A model generated the notes under the pieces. The model saw nothing but the letters and a program-made list of their open reading frames with translations, was not told the origin of the DNA and ran no database searches. Both the position numbers and the translations under genes were made by a program. DNA of 64,000 nucleotides from Candidatus Parcubacteria bacterium (lineage in GTDB: Bacteria; Patescibacteriota; Saccharimonadia; UBA4664; JBIOIQ01): contig OY970378.1 of the NCBI GenBank assembly GCA_963718875.1, forward strand, positions 605,373 through 669,372, in the 5' to 3' direction. Position 1 is the first letter of the stretch, and each line of letters begins with the position of its first letter. Positions 21,984 to 32,470 of the stretch are shown piece after piece.

Positions 21984-22616
21984 CTAGGATTCAAACTTGC
22001 GGTATCTTTGCTTAAAGTCATCACTTAACATATTCATTAGTTTGCGCATAGCCGGATCAAAGTCAAAGTACTCATCTCTATATTTGAGTGTAAAATCTAG
22101 ATGTTTCGACATCATATTCCCTTCCGTATATTGAAGAACCTGCAACTTCGCTTCCCATTTGTCCAGTGCTCTTACAAGTTGGGCCTCAGTTGTTTTTCCT
22201 TCCTCGAATTCTACCCATAATGCAAGCAATTCTTGACCTAGGCCAGAGGGTAGTGTTGAAAACAATTTTTTTGCCGCGAGATATTCTTGATCGTATTTCT
22301 GTTTGATGCGAGTTGCGCTGTAGGCGTGAGAGTCTTTTCCTGTACCGTCTTCCCCCAGGGGGCTCGGGTCGCCTGATATTATCTCGGGTAAATCATGGAT
22401 TAATGTCATTTTTAGAGCCCATTCTGTATCTACGGGTTTCTCTAGTTGGTCAACTAATAGAATTAGAACAATGGCCATGCGCCACGTGTGGTCGGCTGTT
22501 GATTCATACCTATCTTTTTGTGGGTAATCTTTCCAGAAAAATTGTCCGCGGAACCGTTCTATCATTTTAAATTTTTCTACCTGTTTAGCAAATTGATAGA
22601 TTTGATTTAGCTCCAT
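21984..22616 (-). CDS. HD domain hydrolase (YfbR/HD_3-like)
   Basis: ESTADHTWR, LIHDLPE, EAQLVRALDK. Confidence 0.88.
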   Translation of the reverse strand: MELNQIYQFAKQVEKFKMIERFRGQFFWKDYPQKDRYESTADHTWRMAIVLILLVDQLEKPVDTEWALKMTLIHDLPEIISGDPSPLGEDGTGKDSHAYSATRIKQKYDQEYLAAKKLFSTLPSGLGQELLALWVEFEEGKTTEAQLVRALDKWEAKLQVLQYTEGNMMSKHLDFTLKYRDEYFDFDPAMRKLMNMLSDDFKQRYRKFES

Positions 22617-22681
22617 GGGGTTAGTATAACAGGTGGGAGAAGTGTCGCCTTTGTAAGGCAGACTAAGGTACACTGGTGTTT

Positions 22682-23860
22682 ATGACTTACACCCTCTCGA
22701 GCGATCAAGCCGATGCGTTAAAAAGTATTGGTACCTGGTATAAATCAAAAAGTGACCCATTCTTGACCCTGGGAGGTTATGCGGGGACTGGAAAAACTAC
22801 CTTGATAGCTTATTTGCGCCAAGCGTTACGCCAATTTGACGAGCATAGCAAAGTGGCGTTTTGCGCCTTTACCGGAAAAGCTACTCGAGTTTTGGATCAG
22901 CGATTACGCGATCAAAAAGTGCCACGTAAGGGTGATAGTGTGTCTACGATTCATTCATTGATTTATAATGCTGAGGTTGATAAAAGTGGTACTGTAACCG
23001 GTTGGCGAAAGCGTCATGAGTTGGAATTTGATCTTATTATCGTGGATGAAGCCAGTATGGTTGACGAAGGCATTTGGAACGATCTGCTTAGTTTTGAAAT
23101 TCCAATTTTGGCGGTCGGTGATCACGGACAGTTGCCGCCGATTAACTCTAGCTTTAATTTGATGGCAAATCCTCAATTGAGGCTAGAGAGGATTTTCCGT
23201 CAAGCCGAAACTAGTCCGATTATTGAAGTAGCTACACTGGCTCGGACAGCCGGCATTATTCCGGTTAAGAACTATGGGAATGGCGTGGTTAAACTGGCCA
23301 AGTCAGATGCGGATAGCGGTCAGATGGTGCAGGAATTGCTGGAAAACTACTCATCGGATTTGCTGATTTTGTGCGGATATAATAAAACCAGAGTTAGGCT
23401 TAACCAGACGGTGCGAGAATATCGGGATAGCTATTCTTTGGAGCCGGTAAGTGGTGATTATGTGGTGTGTTTGCGAAACGATCGCAAAAATAAGTTATAT
23501 AACGGTATGACGGGAACAATTTCTCATATTGGTTCGGCAGATAATGATCGAGAAAAACAGTGGTACGAGATGGCCATAGAATTTGAAAACGAGTTTGGTG
23601 GCTTTATGGGGAACGTTTGGCGGGCACAGTTTGGAGCAACTGAACCGGCTGGCCAGATTCCACTAGGGCCGGATCGAAAGCCAGGGAGTTTGTTTGATTT
23701 TGGTTATGCTCTAACAGTTCATAAGGCGCAAGGCTCGCAAGCTCAAAAAGTGCTTCTATTTGAAGAGCGCTTTGGCAAGATGAGCGAGGATGATTGGCGC
23801 AGGTGGCTTTATACGGCCGTGACGAGGGCGACGGATGAGCTAGTGATTGTCGGTAATTAA
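22682..23860 (+). CDS. RecD/Dda-like SF1B helicase
   Basis: GYAGTGKT, VDEASM, GDHGQLPP, YALTVHKAQGS, YTAVTRA. Confidence 0.92.
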   Translation: MTYTLSSDQADALKSIGTWYKSKSDPFLTLGGYAGTGKTTLIAYLRQALRQFDEHSKVAFCAFTGKATRVLDQRLRDQKVPRKGDSVSTIHSLIYNAEVDKSGTVTGWRKRHELEFDLIIVDEASMVDEGIWNDLLSFEIPILAVGDHGQLPPINSSFNLMANPQLRLERIFRQAETSPIIEVATLARTAGIIPVKNYGNGVVKLAKSDADSGQMVQELLENYSSDLLILCGYNKTRVRLNQTVREYRDSYSLEPVSGDYVVCLRNDRKNKLYNGMTGTISHIGSADNDREKQWYEMAIEFENEFGGFMGNVWRAQFGATEPAGQIPLGPDRKPGSLFDFGYALTVHKAQGSQAQKVLLFEERFGKMSEDDWRRWLYTAVTRATDELVIVGN

Positions 23861-23913
23861 AAACCTTGAGACCAGGAGACTTGCGTCCCCTGGCCCCCCA
23901 TTCTTTCACGAAG

Positions 23914-24348
23914 CTAGATCCAGTGTCCGGGTGGTGTTGTTTGAATTTCGTCTGGAAAGAAGACGAAACTTGTCCCGTGAGGAAGGACAACATGAGTTCT
24001 TCCACCTGGCTGAGTAACTACCAAGCCTGGGGTAACTGTGACCGCGTCTGGTACGGTGTGGCGTCCGCGGATAGCATAGACGACTTCCTGCTGGATAGTG
24101 GTGTCCGGAGCTGGCGGAGTTGTGGTTATCTGAAGGTCTAGTTGAGCGGCTCGATGAATGATACAGCCAGACCAGTGTCGTTGATCCCCGGGATGACTCT
24201 GGTTGCGGCCACAACGATCGCAGAATGGCTTGCGCTCGTCATCGGCGGTGATGATCTTGGCAGAGCTGACTACATCTTTCAACAATGACTGGACTTGCTC
24301 AAGCCAAGCCGTGTCAACAAGTTGGGTAGTTCTGGTTTGCGTGGACAT
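23914..24348 (-). CDS. Hypothetical protein (CxxC-containing, GC-richer than neighbours)
   Basis: 144 aa ORF with AGAGGA RBS. Confidence 0.5.
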   Translation of the reverse strand: MSTQTRTTQLVDTAWLEQVQSLLKDVVSSAKIITADDERKPFCDRCGRNQSHPGDQRHWSGCIIHRAAQLDLQITTTPPAPDTTIQQEVVYAIRGRHTVPDAVTVTPGLVVTQPGGRTHVVLPHGTSFVFFPDEIQTTPPGHWI

Positions 24349-24488
24349 AGCGACTTCCTCTCTAGGATCGTAGGAGTATCGAAGCTGGCCATATTTTACC
24401 CCAACTAAACTTTAGAATAAACCATTACCCTATTGGCTCATAGGCAGTTTACTTATATACTCGCATACAGATACAAGAAGGGAAAAAC

Positions 24489-24869
24489 GTGGACGAAAAA
24501 ACAATTGATGCAATATACCGGCTGATGGGTGAGGTTAGCGAAGCCAAGGAACAGGTAAAGACAACCAAGGACATGCTTAATGATGTGTTGGAGCAAAATG
24601 AAGAATACAAACAATTGCAGGAGGAGCTAAAAGAGCTAACTACCAAGCGGGGCGAGGCCAAAAAGCTGTTGCAAGCTGATAAAGATTATCAAAAAGTTAA
24701 TAGCGAGCTTGATGAGCTTAAATTTAAGTTAAAAGATTTGTATGAGATTCTTAGCCATCACCTAGTTACTTATTACAACGAAACACAGGCAACCGAAATA
24801 ACTGCTCCAAACGGCGAAGTCCATCAACTGGTTTTGAGCGCTAAAATAGGTCGGGCTGGCGACGCTTAA
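24489..24869 (+). CDS. Coiled-coil hypothetical protein
   Basis: 126 aa, GTG start after AAGGGA. Confidence 0.75.
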   Translation: MDEKTIDAIYRLMGEVSEAKEQVKTTKDMLNDVLEQNEEYKQLQEELKELTTKRGEAKKLLQADKDYQKVNSELDELKFKLKDLYEILSHHLVTYYNETQATEITAPNGEVHQLVLSAKIGRAGDA

Positions 24870-25455
24870 GGCTGAGGTTGAGTTTGCTTAATCTGGCTGG
24901 ATTCATCGATGCTGCATCCACCCCAAAGCCCAAGATTTTTCTCGCGAGCTTGCCTCTCGTACTGGCGAAACTCGTCAAGTTTGGCGTAAGGAAATACTGT
25001 ATAAGCAAATCCATAACCGTCCTGGATAAGCTTGGCATTGAGAAGCGTGCCATCTGGCAAATAAACATAACGTAATAAACGCCTATATTTGTCGCGGTTG
25101 GCGTCTTCGGGGTCTGCCAATAAGCGAACTTGTTTTGATTCGGCTAAACTTTTAGTGTATTGGGCGCGACTTTCCCAAAACATTGTACCTCTTTGCGCGG
25201 ATCATGGGTCTCGGGCGTGTCCACGCCTATTAGACGAATGGTTTCGACTTTGCCGTCTATTCGAACGCTCAGCGTATCGCCATCTACTGCTCGGATGACT
25301 GTAGTAGTGCCAGGCATCGAAATGGTTTGTAGTTGGTCCAGAGCGTCCGGGTTTAAAACTAGGTATACCAGAGCTGCTAAAATGCTCAGGGCGGTGCTAA
25401 TTAATGCTCGGCGCTTTCGAGGACGTAGGCGCAAAGGTTTGTTTACTTCATCCAT
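24866..25455 (-). pseudogene. Thermonuclease (SNase-like) split by a 1-nt frameshift
   Basis: 5' ORF has VDGDTL/RLIGVDTPE; 3' ORF has RDKYRRLLRYVY...NLGLW; frames join at GTC GCG ^CC CAA near 25162-25170. Confidence 0.85.
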
Positions 25456-25535
25456 TTAATATTTATTATAACGGTTTTTGTTCGGTTTTGATACATAAAG
25501 GCTAATTGGTCCAGTTTGCTACACACGTGAGCAGC

Positions 25536-26354
25536 CTAGCTAAGGCTTTTTACTAAGGCCAGTGCTCCCAATAAACCGCTTTTGTTGCCGAGCTCGGCTG
25601 ACCGAAATTCAGGTGGTTCTGGGAAGGGTTTCAAGAGTTGGCCTACTCGATTACGAAGGTCACTGAGGGGTATGTCGCGCATCATACTTCCACCAAAAAC
25701 AATCACCTCTGGGGACCAGAATAGGATGGCATTATGGACCCCGATTGCTACTGATTGGATAACTTGGGGCCACAGATCATCGTCCTTGGCGATCTCGACC
25801 GGCTGTTTACCGTAACGCTTTTGTAGTGAATTGCCGCCGGCTGCGTCTTCAAAACTGAGTGGGTTGCCTGTTGGATCGGTGCCGATTATGTGATAACCAA
25901 TTTCAAACCCCAACGCATTTCGGTCGATAGCCTGATCTACGATTCGAATACCATTAACCCCTGTGCTTATGGTGATGTACCCAACGATGCTTTTTTGCCT
26001 TCCTCCGCCAAATAGAGCCTCCCCCATTCCTATTGCTTCCATATCATTAGCTAATATTAGAGGAACTCCAAAGTGGTCGGAAAGTAGTTGCTTGATGGGT
26101 TTGTTTGCCCAATCTGGATGGTTTAAGGATTGGGTGATACTGTCTCGTTCTCGACTAAGAACACCAAAAATGCTTCCTGAAAGTGCTGTTATAGACTGTC
26201 CATTTGCGAGATTCTCGACGGCTTTTATAAATTCGGCAATGCCTTTCTCAAAATCAGGGTCGGTATCGAATATAACAGGTTCGCTGATGGTTTTGCCGTC
26301 TGTAGAGGCGGCGACCCTTGTGTGAGTGGCGCCCATGTCGAAAACAATGATCAT
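25536..26354 (-). CDS. ROK family sugar kinase
   Basis: FDMGATHT, LAND, TISTGVNG, FEIGY. Confidence 0.88.
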   Translation of the reverse strand: MIIVFDMGATHTRVAASTDGKTISEPVIFDTDPDFEKGIAEFIKAVENLANGQSITALSGSIFGVLSRERDSITQSLNHPDWANKPIKQLLSDHFGVPLILANDMEAIGMGEALFGGGRQKSIVGYITISTGVNGIRIVDQAIDRNALGFEIGYHIIGTDPTGNPLSFEDAAGGNSLQKRYGKQPVEIAKDDDLWPQVIQSVAIGVHNAILFWSPEVIVFGGSMMRDIPLSDLRNRVGQLLKPFPEPPEFRSAELGNKSGLLGALALVKSLS

Positions 26355-26439
26355 GGAGCTAGTATAACATTTGACGGAAAAATGTGGCTTTCGGTGCCAA
26401 ACTCTCGGTTAGTTAAGCTCAATGAACCGAGAGTTAAGG

Positions 26440-28209
26440 TCAGCGCTTGGGGCCGGTTCCGTTGTTGCTACAAGTTGGGTTAGTTTTGCCGGTGAGTTGC
26501 TGATCAATGCTCTGATAATAGAGTGGTCTACCTCGTCCGTTAGGGTAGGCATAATAGCATTCGGTTAAGTAGGTCATGTTGGTTGAAAACAGGGTGTTTA
26601 GGACCAACCTAAAAGCGTTTACAGTGGTTCCGCCGGCTACCAGATTGGTCTGGGAGGCTCCCGGTACGTAGTAGGCGGCCAAGTTTCCATACTTAATGGC
26701 TAAATCAGTTTTAGACCACTTAAGCATGTTGCCGCTGGCAAGCTCCCCTTGAATAGCATCGTGGTTAAAATTTTCGTCATTTAGATCAAATGGATATGGT
26801 CCCTCGTCTGACTGCAGAACAATAACGGCTTTTCCTCCCGTCTTTGTCATTATGCTACTGATGATTTGCTGCATTTGGCCATTAATAAACTTTACTTGGT
26901 TCAGGTACTTTTGCTTTATTGGGGCACCGTAATTATCGCTGCTGTTATTGGTATTGAGAGAACCATCGGCATTAAAAAAGTAGGGGTCGTGAGGCACTAA
27001 AAAATGTGCAAAAACAAACTTCTCACCTGCAGGGCCGTTGGCGATAGCCTTTAAGGCCTTTAACTGGCCTAGTGTCATTTGGTCGTCGCCTGCGTTTTGA
27101 TAATCAAGCGCCTTGTACTTTCCAAAGCTTAGTCCTGTTTGCAAGAAACGCCAAAAGGCACTTTCGCGTAATTGATTCTTAGCAAAATTGTCGATTATAT
27201 AGGTTTGGTTCAGTACCGTTAACAGCCCTTCGACTTGATATGTTTCGTCCGCGAGCGGAGAAATATTTGATGTTTCGTACCAGTTTCCAATTAATGAGTA
27301 TTTGTAGCCGATCGACTTTAAATACTGCGCTATGGGGGCATTACGGATGGTTTGGTTGTAAGGGATGGTGGTTTGGACGCTTGAGTTCCCGAATTTTTGA
27401 ATCATATTGTGGTTGTAGTCTGCGTTCATGGTGGAGGCAACAGATTGGGCTGTGTAGGGATAGTTTTGATGTGAATCAGCATTAATGTAAAACTGTTTAT
27501 CTGCTAAAAATTTCATAAAGTCGGCGTTGTCGTAATTGAATTGTTCTTTAAGAATATCTGGGGAAGCGTAGCGGTCCATAACAATGTAATAAATGTCCGG
27601 TTTGGCTGCGGTTTTAGCTGTAGAGCTAGCTGCTTTTAATTTTGGGGGTTGGTAAAAAAACTGTGGCCAAGCGATTGCTAGATTTTTTACAGTCGGAATC
27701 AATTGCAATACAAAAGTTACGCTGATGGCAATCGTAATAGCTTTAATAATTGTTTTTGTATCCCACTTACGTTTTAGTGTGATGTTATTCGTAAGTCGGC
27801 CCAGCCAGTAGGCGGCGTAGCAAATAATGGCTATTAGGATGAGGCTATAGATGGGGCTGGTGGATTTTGGCAAGGGTACAACCGCTTGTAGAATTGGTTC
27901 AATGGCTACGAGTCGGGCATCGTAGTTAATAGTTAGTAGTAAGGTTGCGAAGGTAGCTCCAATGTAAGCTCTCAAACGATTGTGGCGCCAGGTGTGGTAA
28001 AAAATAGTGCTAATTATGGCGGCTAGAACCACATTCAGTACCATTGGGAGCCAGATTTCTTGGATAGAAAGTTGGTATGAGTTCAAAAGATAGGCGGCTA
28101 AAATTGGGATGAGTGCGAGCATTGTCACGGGTCCAAATAGTTTGAGCCAGGTGAATAGGTGTGTAGTTAAGCGACGATTTAAGTTAGTTTTGGGCTCGCG
28201 TGCCTTCAT
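26440..28209 (-). CDS. Membrane protein with sulfatase/alkaline-phosphatase-like domain
   Basis: N-terminal TMs, PDIYYIVMDRY, HFLVPHDPY, LQSDEG. Confidence 0.8.
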   Translation of the reverse strand: MKAREPKTNLNRRLTTHLFTWLKLFGPVTMLALIPILAAYLLNSYQLSIQEIWLPMVLNVVLAAIISTIFYHTWRHNRLRAYIGATFATLLLTINYDARLVAIEPILQAVVPLPKSTSPIYSLILIAIICYAAYWLGRLTNNITLKRKWDTKTIIKAITIAISVTFVLQLIPTVKNLAIAWPQFFYQPPKLKAASSTAKTAAKPDIYYIVMDRYASPDILKEQFNYDNADFMKFLADKQFYINADSHQNYPYTAQSVASTMNADYNHNMIQKFGNSSVQTTIPYNQTIRNAPIAQYLKSIGYKYSLIGNWYETSNISPLADETYQVEGLLTVLNQTYIIDNFAKNQLRESAFWRFLQTGLSFGKYKALDYQNAGDDQMTLGQLKALKAIANGPAGEKFVFAHFLVPHDPYFFNADGSLNTNNSSDNYGAPIKQKYLNQVKFINGQMQQIISSIMTKTGGKAVIVLQSDEGPYPFDLNDENFNHDAIQGELASGNMLKWSKTDLAIKYGNLAAYYVPGASQTNLVAGGTTVNAFRLVLNTLFSTNMTYLTECYYAYPNGRGRPLYYQSIDQQLTGKTNPTCSNNGTGPKR

Positions 28210-28234
28210 GATTTAAAAGTATAACACGCCCAAA

Positions 28235-28936
28235 CTAAGCGGCAGCTGAAAATCCATTATTGCGAGCATCAGGGTCCCTATAATGCTCATCAAGTGTTAC
28301 GGGAGTTCTCCTCATTTTCTGCAAAACTTTGCTTTTCATAAAATTATTTATAACTCTAGTGTTTGGGAATGAAGCTAAGTAAGTATCGGCGTCAAATCCT
28401 TTAGGCGAAGTCCGATACGGTTTATATTGGCCATTGACGAGTGCGTGCTCTGAAGCTACATCATCGTGTTTGGCGCCATAAATCAATCCGGAAACCTCAG
28501 TATTTATTATGGCTCCGCTGCACATAATGCAAGGTTCTAGCGTAGTGAGTAAAAAATGATCTTTTAGATGTTTGGTACCGGATATTTTTTGGGCTTCCTT
28601 TAAGGCTTCGATTTCAGCATGTGCAATGGAATCACCCTTCTCGTTTACGCGGTTTGTACTTGTTGACACTAACTCTAGATTACCATTTGAGCCTATCCGA
28701 ACAACTGCAGCCACAACTGGAAACTCGCCTGATGCAACGTAGATACTGTTGGGGTCTGGCAATAGACTAATAAGTCTTTCAAATGCTTGATGGAGACCAG
28801 GAAGTTCAGTTTCTAGCTCTGCACTTGCATGTCTCTCCGCTTCATAATCCATTCCCTCTAGATAGTCTCGTACCCATCCAGGAGCTTCGCTCCGATCAGG
28901 AACATCTGTGTTGCCATGTGTTTCAGCTGAATCCAT
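28235..28936 (-). CDS. Nucleoside/tRNA-adenosine deaminase family protein
   Basis: EFPVVA, HAEI, TLEPCIMC. Confidence 0.85.
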   Translation of the reverse strand: MDSAETHGNTDVPDRSEAPGWVRDYLEGMDYEAERHASAELETELPGLHQAFERLISLLPDPNSIYVASGEFPVVAAVVRIGSNGNLELVSTSTNRVNEKGDSIAHAEIEALKEAQKISGTKHLKDHFLLTTLEPCIMCSGAIINTEVSGLIYGAKHDDVASEHALVNGQYKPYRTSPKGFDADTYLASFPNTRVINNFMKSKVLQKMRRTPVTLDEHYRDPDARNNGFSAAA

Positions 28937-28957
28937 AAGCCAATCTTACCATGTAGT

Positions 28958-29521
28958 TTATGCTTGTTCGTCGTAGACAAAATCAGCCACTAGCTCGGGA
29001 TGGTACTTTTCTTGATAGGCTAAGTCGTTTTTTGCCCATAAATCCCAATGTTGTTCGTTTTCGTTCCCAGTATCTCTAAGTTTGCCACGCTGTTTAGCTA
29101 CTTCTATCGGTGCATCAACCCATATTTTAAAGTCGTAGTAGTCCGCAATCCCAGGATGCGATGACGAGATGCCCTCAATAATTAGGTAGCCCACTGCTGG
29201 CACCTGAATTGGCTCAGTCAACTTGTTTTCTACCCATTCTAAGCGTCTATAAGCTACTGGCCGACCGCTCCGAGCGGGTATAAGCACTTCTTGTTCAAGC
29301 CTTACTCGATCAAAGCCTACTGCATCTGGTGATCGTTATAACAGACGTCCTTTAACAATAAAGTCGTCGATACTAATCATGTAGGCGTCTTGAAGAGCTT
29401 CTTTTAGTTTTGAAGCAAAAGTTGTCTTACCCGAGCCACCAAAGCCTTCAATAGCGATAAGTATAGGTTTATTTTCTTTGGGGCTTTGTTTTATTGCTTG
29501 TGCAATTTTTTGTATTGTCAT
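28958..29521 (-). pseudogene. Uridine-kinase-like P-loop protein with in-frame TAA
   Basis: GFGGSGKTT/IDDF ORF continues in the same frame after TAA (29336-29338) as RSPDAVGFDRVRLEQEVLIP...IIEG...KIWVD. Confidence 0.85.
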
Positions 29522-29751
29522 AACATCAACTCAATAAAATCTGCATTGCTCAAAAATAAATTTAGTCATGGAATAATCATACCAGCACATCTCGCAGAGG
29601 TGCAGATTGAAATAGTAAGCATTTATGCGTAAAATGATCAGGTTACACACAAAAACCTTTAACCATTAACTCTTAACCTTTGACGATCAAGGTCTGAGGC
29701 TTTTCTTAGTAAGTGTTAAATGTTAATTGTAAAACGTAACTTGTTGCACAG

Positions 29752-29825
29752 TCCCGGGTCGTCTAAGGGTAGGACAACGGCTTTTGGCGCCGTCAATCTT
29801 GGTTCGAATCCAAGCCTGGGAGCCA
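29752..29825 (+). tRNA. tRNA-Gln(TTG)
   Basis: Anticodon stem ACGGC/GCCGT, loop TTTTGGC, GGTTCGAATCC, CCA end. Confidence 0.93.
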
Positions 29826-29921
29826 GTTGAAATTTTTGGATTTTAAATTAACTTTTTTGACACTTTTTTCTGAATAGTTCGAAGTGTTCAGATACATCAC
29901 ATGGCAATATTTATAATGCGG

Positions 29922-31076
29922 CTATTTTATTTGTTGTAGATTTGAAAATAGATTCTGCACAAAGTCTTTATAGCTTTGCTTGTCGCTATATTCTGGATTA
30001 TATGTAAATACTATCAAAGTCCCGTCTTTAACTGTAGAAGCACTAATATATCTTGAATTACTAAGATCATTAATTTCGCTATAATAAATATCTGGATTTG
30101 ATGGACTGATGTTTTGGCATGGCACTATGAATTTAGGATTACTGAAATAACTAGTTAGTTTAGCGACGCTAATACCGCAATCTATTTGCTTGCCATTAAT
30201 TGGAGCTTTAACTTCTGTTAGATTAATGGGACGTTTTTTTGTATCTGACTCTAGTGCTTTCATATATGTTAATTCAAGTGCCTGAGAGTTAAGTGAGCCT
30301 AAACTAATTGAATAATCATTGTAGCCCGTAGGGGTCATTTGCGGGGCATAGGCAGTGAAGTCAATTTTATTGATCAATTCAGTTTTGAGCTCAGCTTTCC
30401 TTTGGAGCTGACTTTTAATAATTTCTTTTTTTGCAGATTGGATATAAATAAAGCTTATGCCAATCAATAATGCGTAGATAATGGTCAGAACTAATAAAAG
30501 AAGCACTCTATTTAATGGTCTCCAGTTTACCCAAGTGTAAGTCATACCCATGACAACTAGTGGCATTAACAAACTTACCGGGTCTGGTATATTGGCTTGG
30601 CTAGATAAGCCAATAAGAGGAGCACCTATAAATAGAAGGACTACTACAAGCTTGAATGCATTTTTAACTTTGAGGAGTCGCATAAATAGAAAAAATGCAA
30701 CAAGCGTTATGACCGTCACTACTGCTAGGCTAAGGTAGGTATACAGGATGAAACAATTAAGACTACCCCAAGCTTCAGACTTATTCCGACAACTACCTAC
30801 TGAATTCCTCAGTGCATTAGTCGAAAGTAAGGACATTGAAAGAATTAGACTAACCGCTGAAGCCAAAAATGCTGCTCCAACAAAACGGATGAATCCCGAT
30901 AGTTGTGATGGTGATTTTGGGGTTTGTACCGAACCTAAATTAGGTATAATCGATTGGTCTACTTGAGTAGGATTGTTGAGTACAGGCCTGGTAACTTGTG
31001 CCTGCTGTATTGTACTACTGTGGTCTTGTGGGTTTATTTCTTGAAAAGGGCGATTATCCTGTTTGTCATTTTCCAT
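29922..31076 (-). CDS. Hypothetical multi-pass membrane protein
   Basis: 384 aa, about 5 TMs, AT-rich. Confidence 0.7.
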   Translation of the reverse strand: MENDKQDNRPFQEINPQDHSSTIQQAQVTRPVLNNPTQVDQSIIPNLGSVQTPKSPSQLSGFIRFVGAAFLASAVSLILSMSLLSTNALRNSVGSCRNKSEAWGSLNCFILYTYLSLAVVTVITLVAFFLFMRLLKVKNAFKLVVVLLFIGAPLIGLSSQANIPDPVSLLMPLVVMGMTYTWVNWRPLNRVLLLLVLTIIYALLIGISFIYIQSAKKEIIKSQLQRKAELKTELINKIDFTAYAPQMTPTGYNDYSISLGSLNSQALELTYMKALESDTKKRPINLTEVKAPINGKQIDCGISVAKLTSYFSNPKFIVPCQNISPSNPDIYYSEINDLSNSRYISASTVKDGTLIVFTYNPEYSDKQSYKDFVQNLFSNLQQIK

Positions 31077-31572
31077 TAGTTTATTTTAGCCTAAAGAGTT
31101 ATCATTGCATAATTTCCTTAGCTAGTCTTGGTAACCCCAAAATAAGCCAAAAGTCAAGATGAAATGTGCAGTTAGTACAGGCTTTAAAGATAAGATTTGG
31201 ACACAGTCCTCTACCGTAGATAATTTAGCCGAAAAACAGGCGTTGAGAGTAAGTTGAAGGATGCTTATTTATAGCTTTGATAAGCTATTAGCTTGTTTGT
31301 GATACGATGTCTTTATGAAACCCCGAAGACGAACTTAAGTGATATTGTTGTTATTATTACTGATTTTTAGCGATGCTGGTAACAATCTATTTCATAAATA
31401 GAAGCACTTATAAGCCTGACTGCAAGCCAGAACCTAGCCTTAGGTGTATTCCGTTAAGCCATGCAAGTATAAGTAGCTAACCATTAATAAGATCCAGCGA
31501 TGGGGAGTCAAAGGTTTTAAAAAAAACATTCGGACATGCTTTAATAATAATCTTTTCTGTTATGCTTCTGAT

Positions 31573-32325
31573 ATGGACTTAGAAAAAACTAGTCAAAGTT
31601 CCCAGCCGCCTCCTTTTCAAAGCACTGTTGTCTCCCAGGGCCCTAAGCATCGCAAGATACATATCGTGATTTTTTTGGCGGTTGTAGTCGTTGCGGCTGG
31701 CCTTATCTATCACTTTTTCATTGATGATGGTTTACCCTCAAGGGCTAATGCCGAGAAAGAAGTTAGAAAAACACTTGCGTTGCTAGAATCAGAAGATGAG
31801 GTAATTTTTGAAGAAATTAAAGTAGCTTGCGAAAAAGTTCCTGGTAAATCCTTTGATGGGCAGCCAGTTGCGTGTGGATATGAAGGTACAAAGTATTGGA
31901 TAACAAAAGGCAGTGACAAGCAGTTCATTAACCATGTCGTAGATAAATTAGTTAATCAAGAAATGTTGCTTAGCGAGTGCTTGCGAGCAAATGACAAAAG
32001 CATCGAATGTACAAAGAATTGGGTGGATGAGCTTGCTAGAGATAACCGACATATATTGTTTTATAAGAAGGATCCGAGGAGCGACTTTTCCCTATCTTTT
32101 GACATTAGACCTCCGGGTAGGAAAAAAGAAGCCGATCCGTTTGCTAACAGCGGAAGTAAAGACTCTTTGGCTTTGAAAAATCTTTTAAGTGAAGTTTATG
32201 AAAAAAATAACTTGGCTGATAAAGATAGTGGTAGGTATATATATGGGGTCACGTACACTGCGGTCTACTCGGTTAGTAAGCAAAATAGTGTTTCTCCTGA
32301 TAAGATCTATTATGAGCGGCCATAG
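31573..32325 (+). CDS. Hypothetical single-TM protein
   Basis: 250 aa, N-terminal TM. Confidence 0.7.
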   Translation: MDLEKTSQSSQPPPFQSTVVSQGPKHRKIHIVIFLAVVVVAAGLIYHFFIDDGLPSRANAEKEVRKTLALLESEDEVIFEEIKVACEKVPGKSFDGQPVACGYEGTKYWITKGSDKQFINHVVDKLVNQEMLLSECLRANDKSIECTKNWVDELARDNRHILFYKKDPRSDFSLSFDIRPPGRKKEADPFANSGSKDSLALKNLLSEVYEKNNLADKDSGRYIYGVTYTAVYSVSKQNSVSPDKIYYERP

Positions 32326-32470
32326 TCGAATCTTTTCGCCGTTACTACTCAGCCTGAATACATAAAGACAAGAAGATTTCTCTCAAGGCAGTCTGTGAAG
32401 ATGTATGGTGGCTAAAGAGAATTTAGGATTAACTCTTTACGTACAGCTTAATTATGGTATTATTATACAA

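Noticed and set aside
25160-25185. Programmed -1 frameshift in the thermonuclease at TTTGGGAAAG
   Set aside because: The run is not in X XXY YYZ register and the homology break lies a few codons downstream
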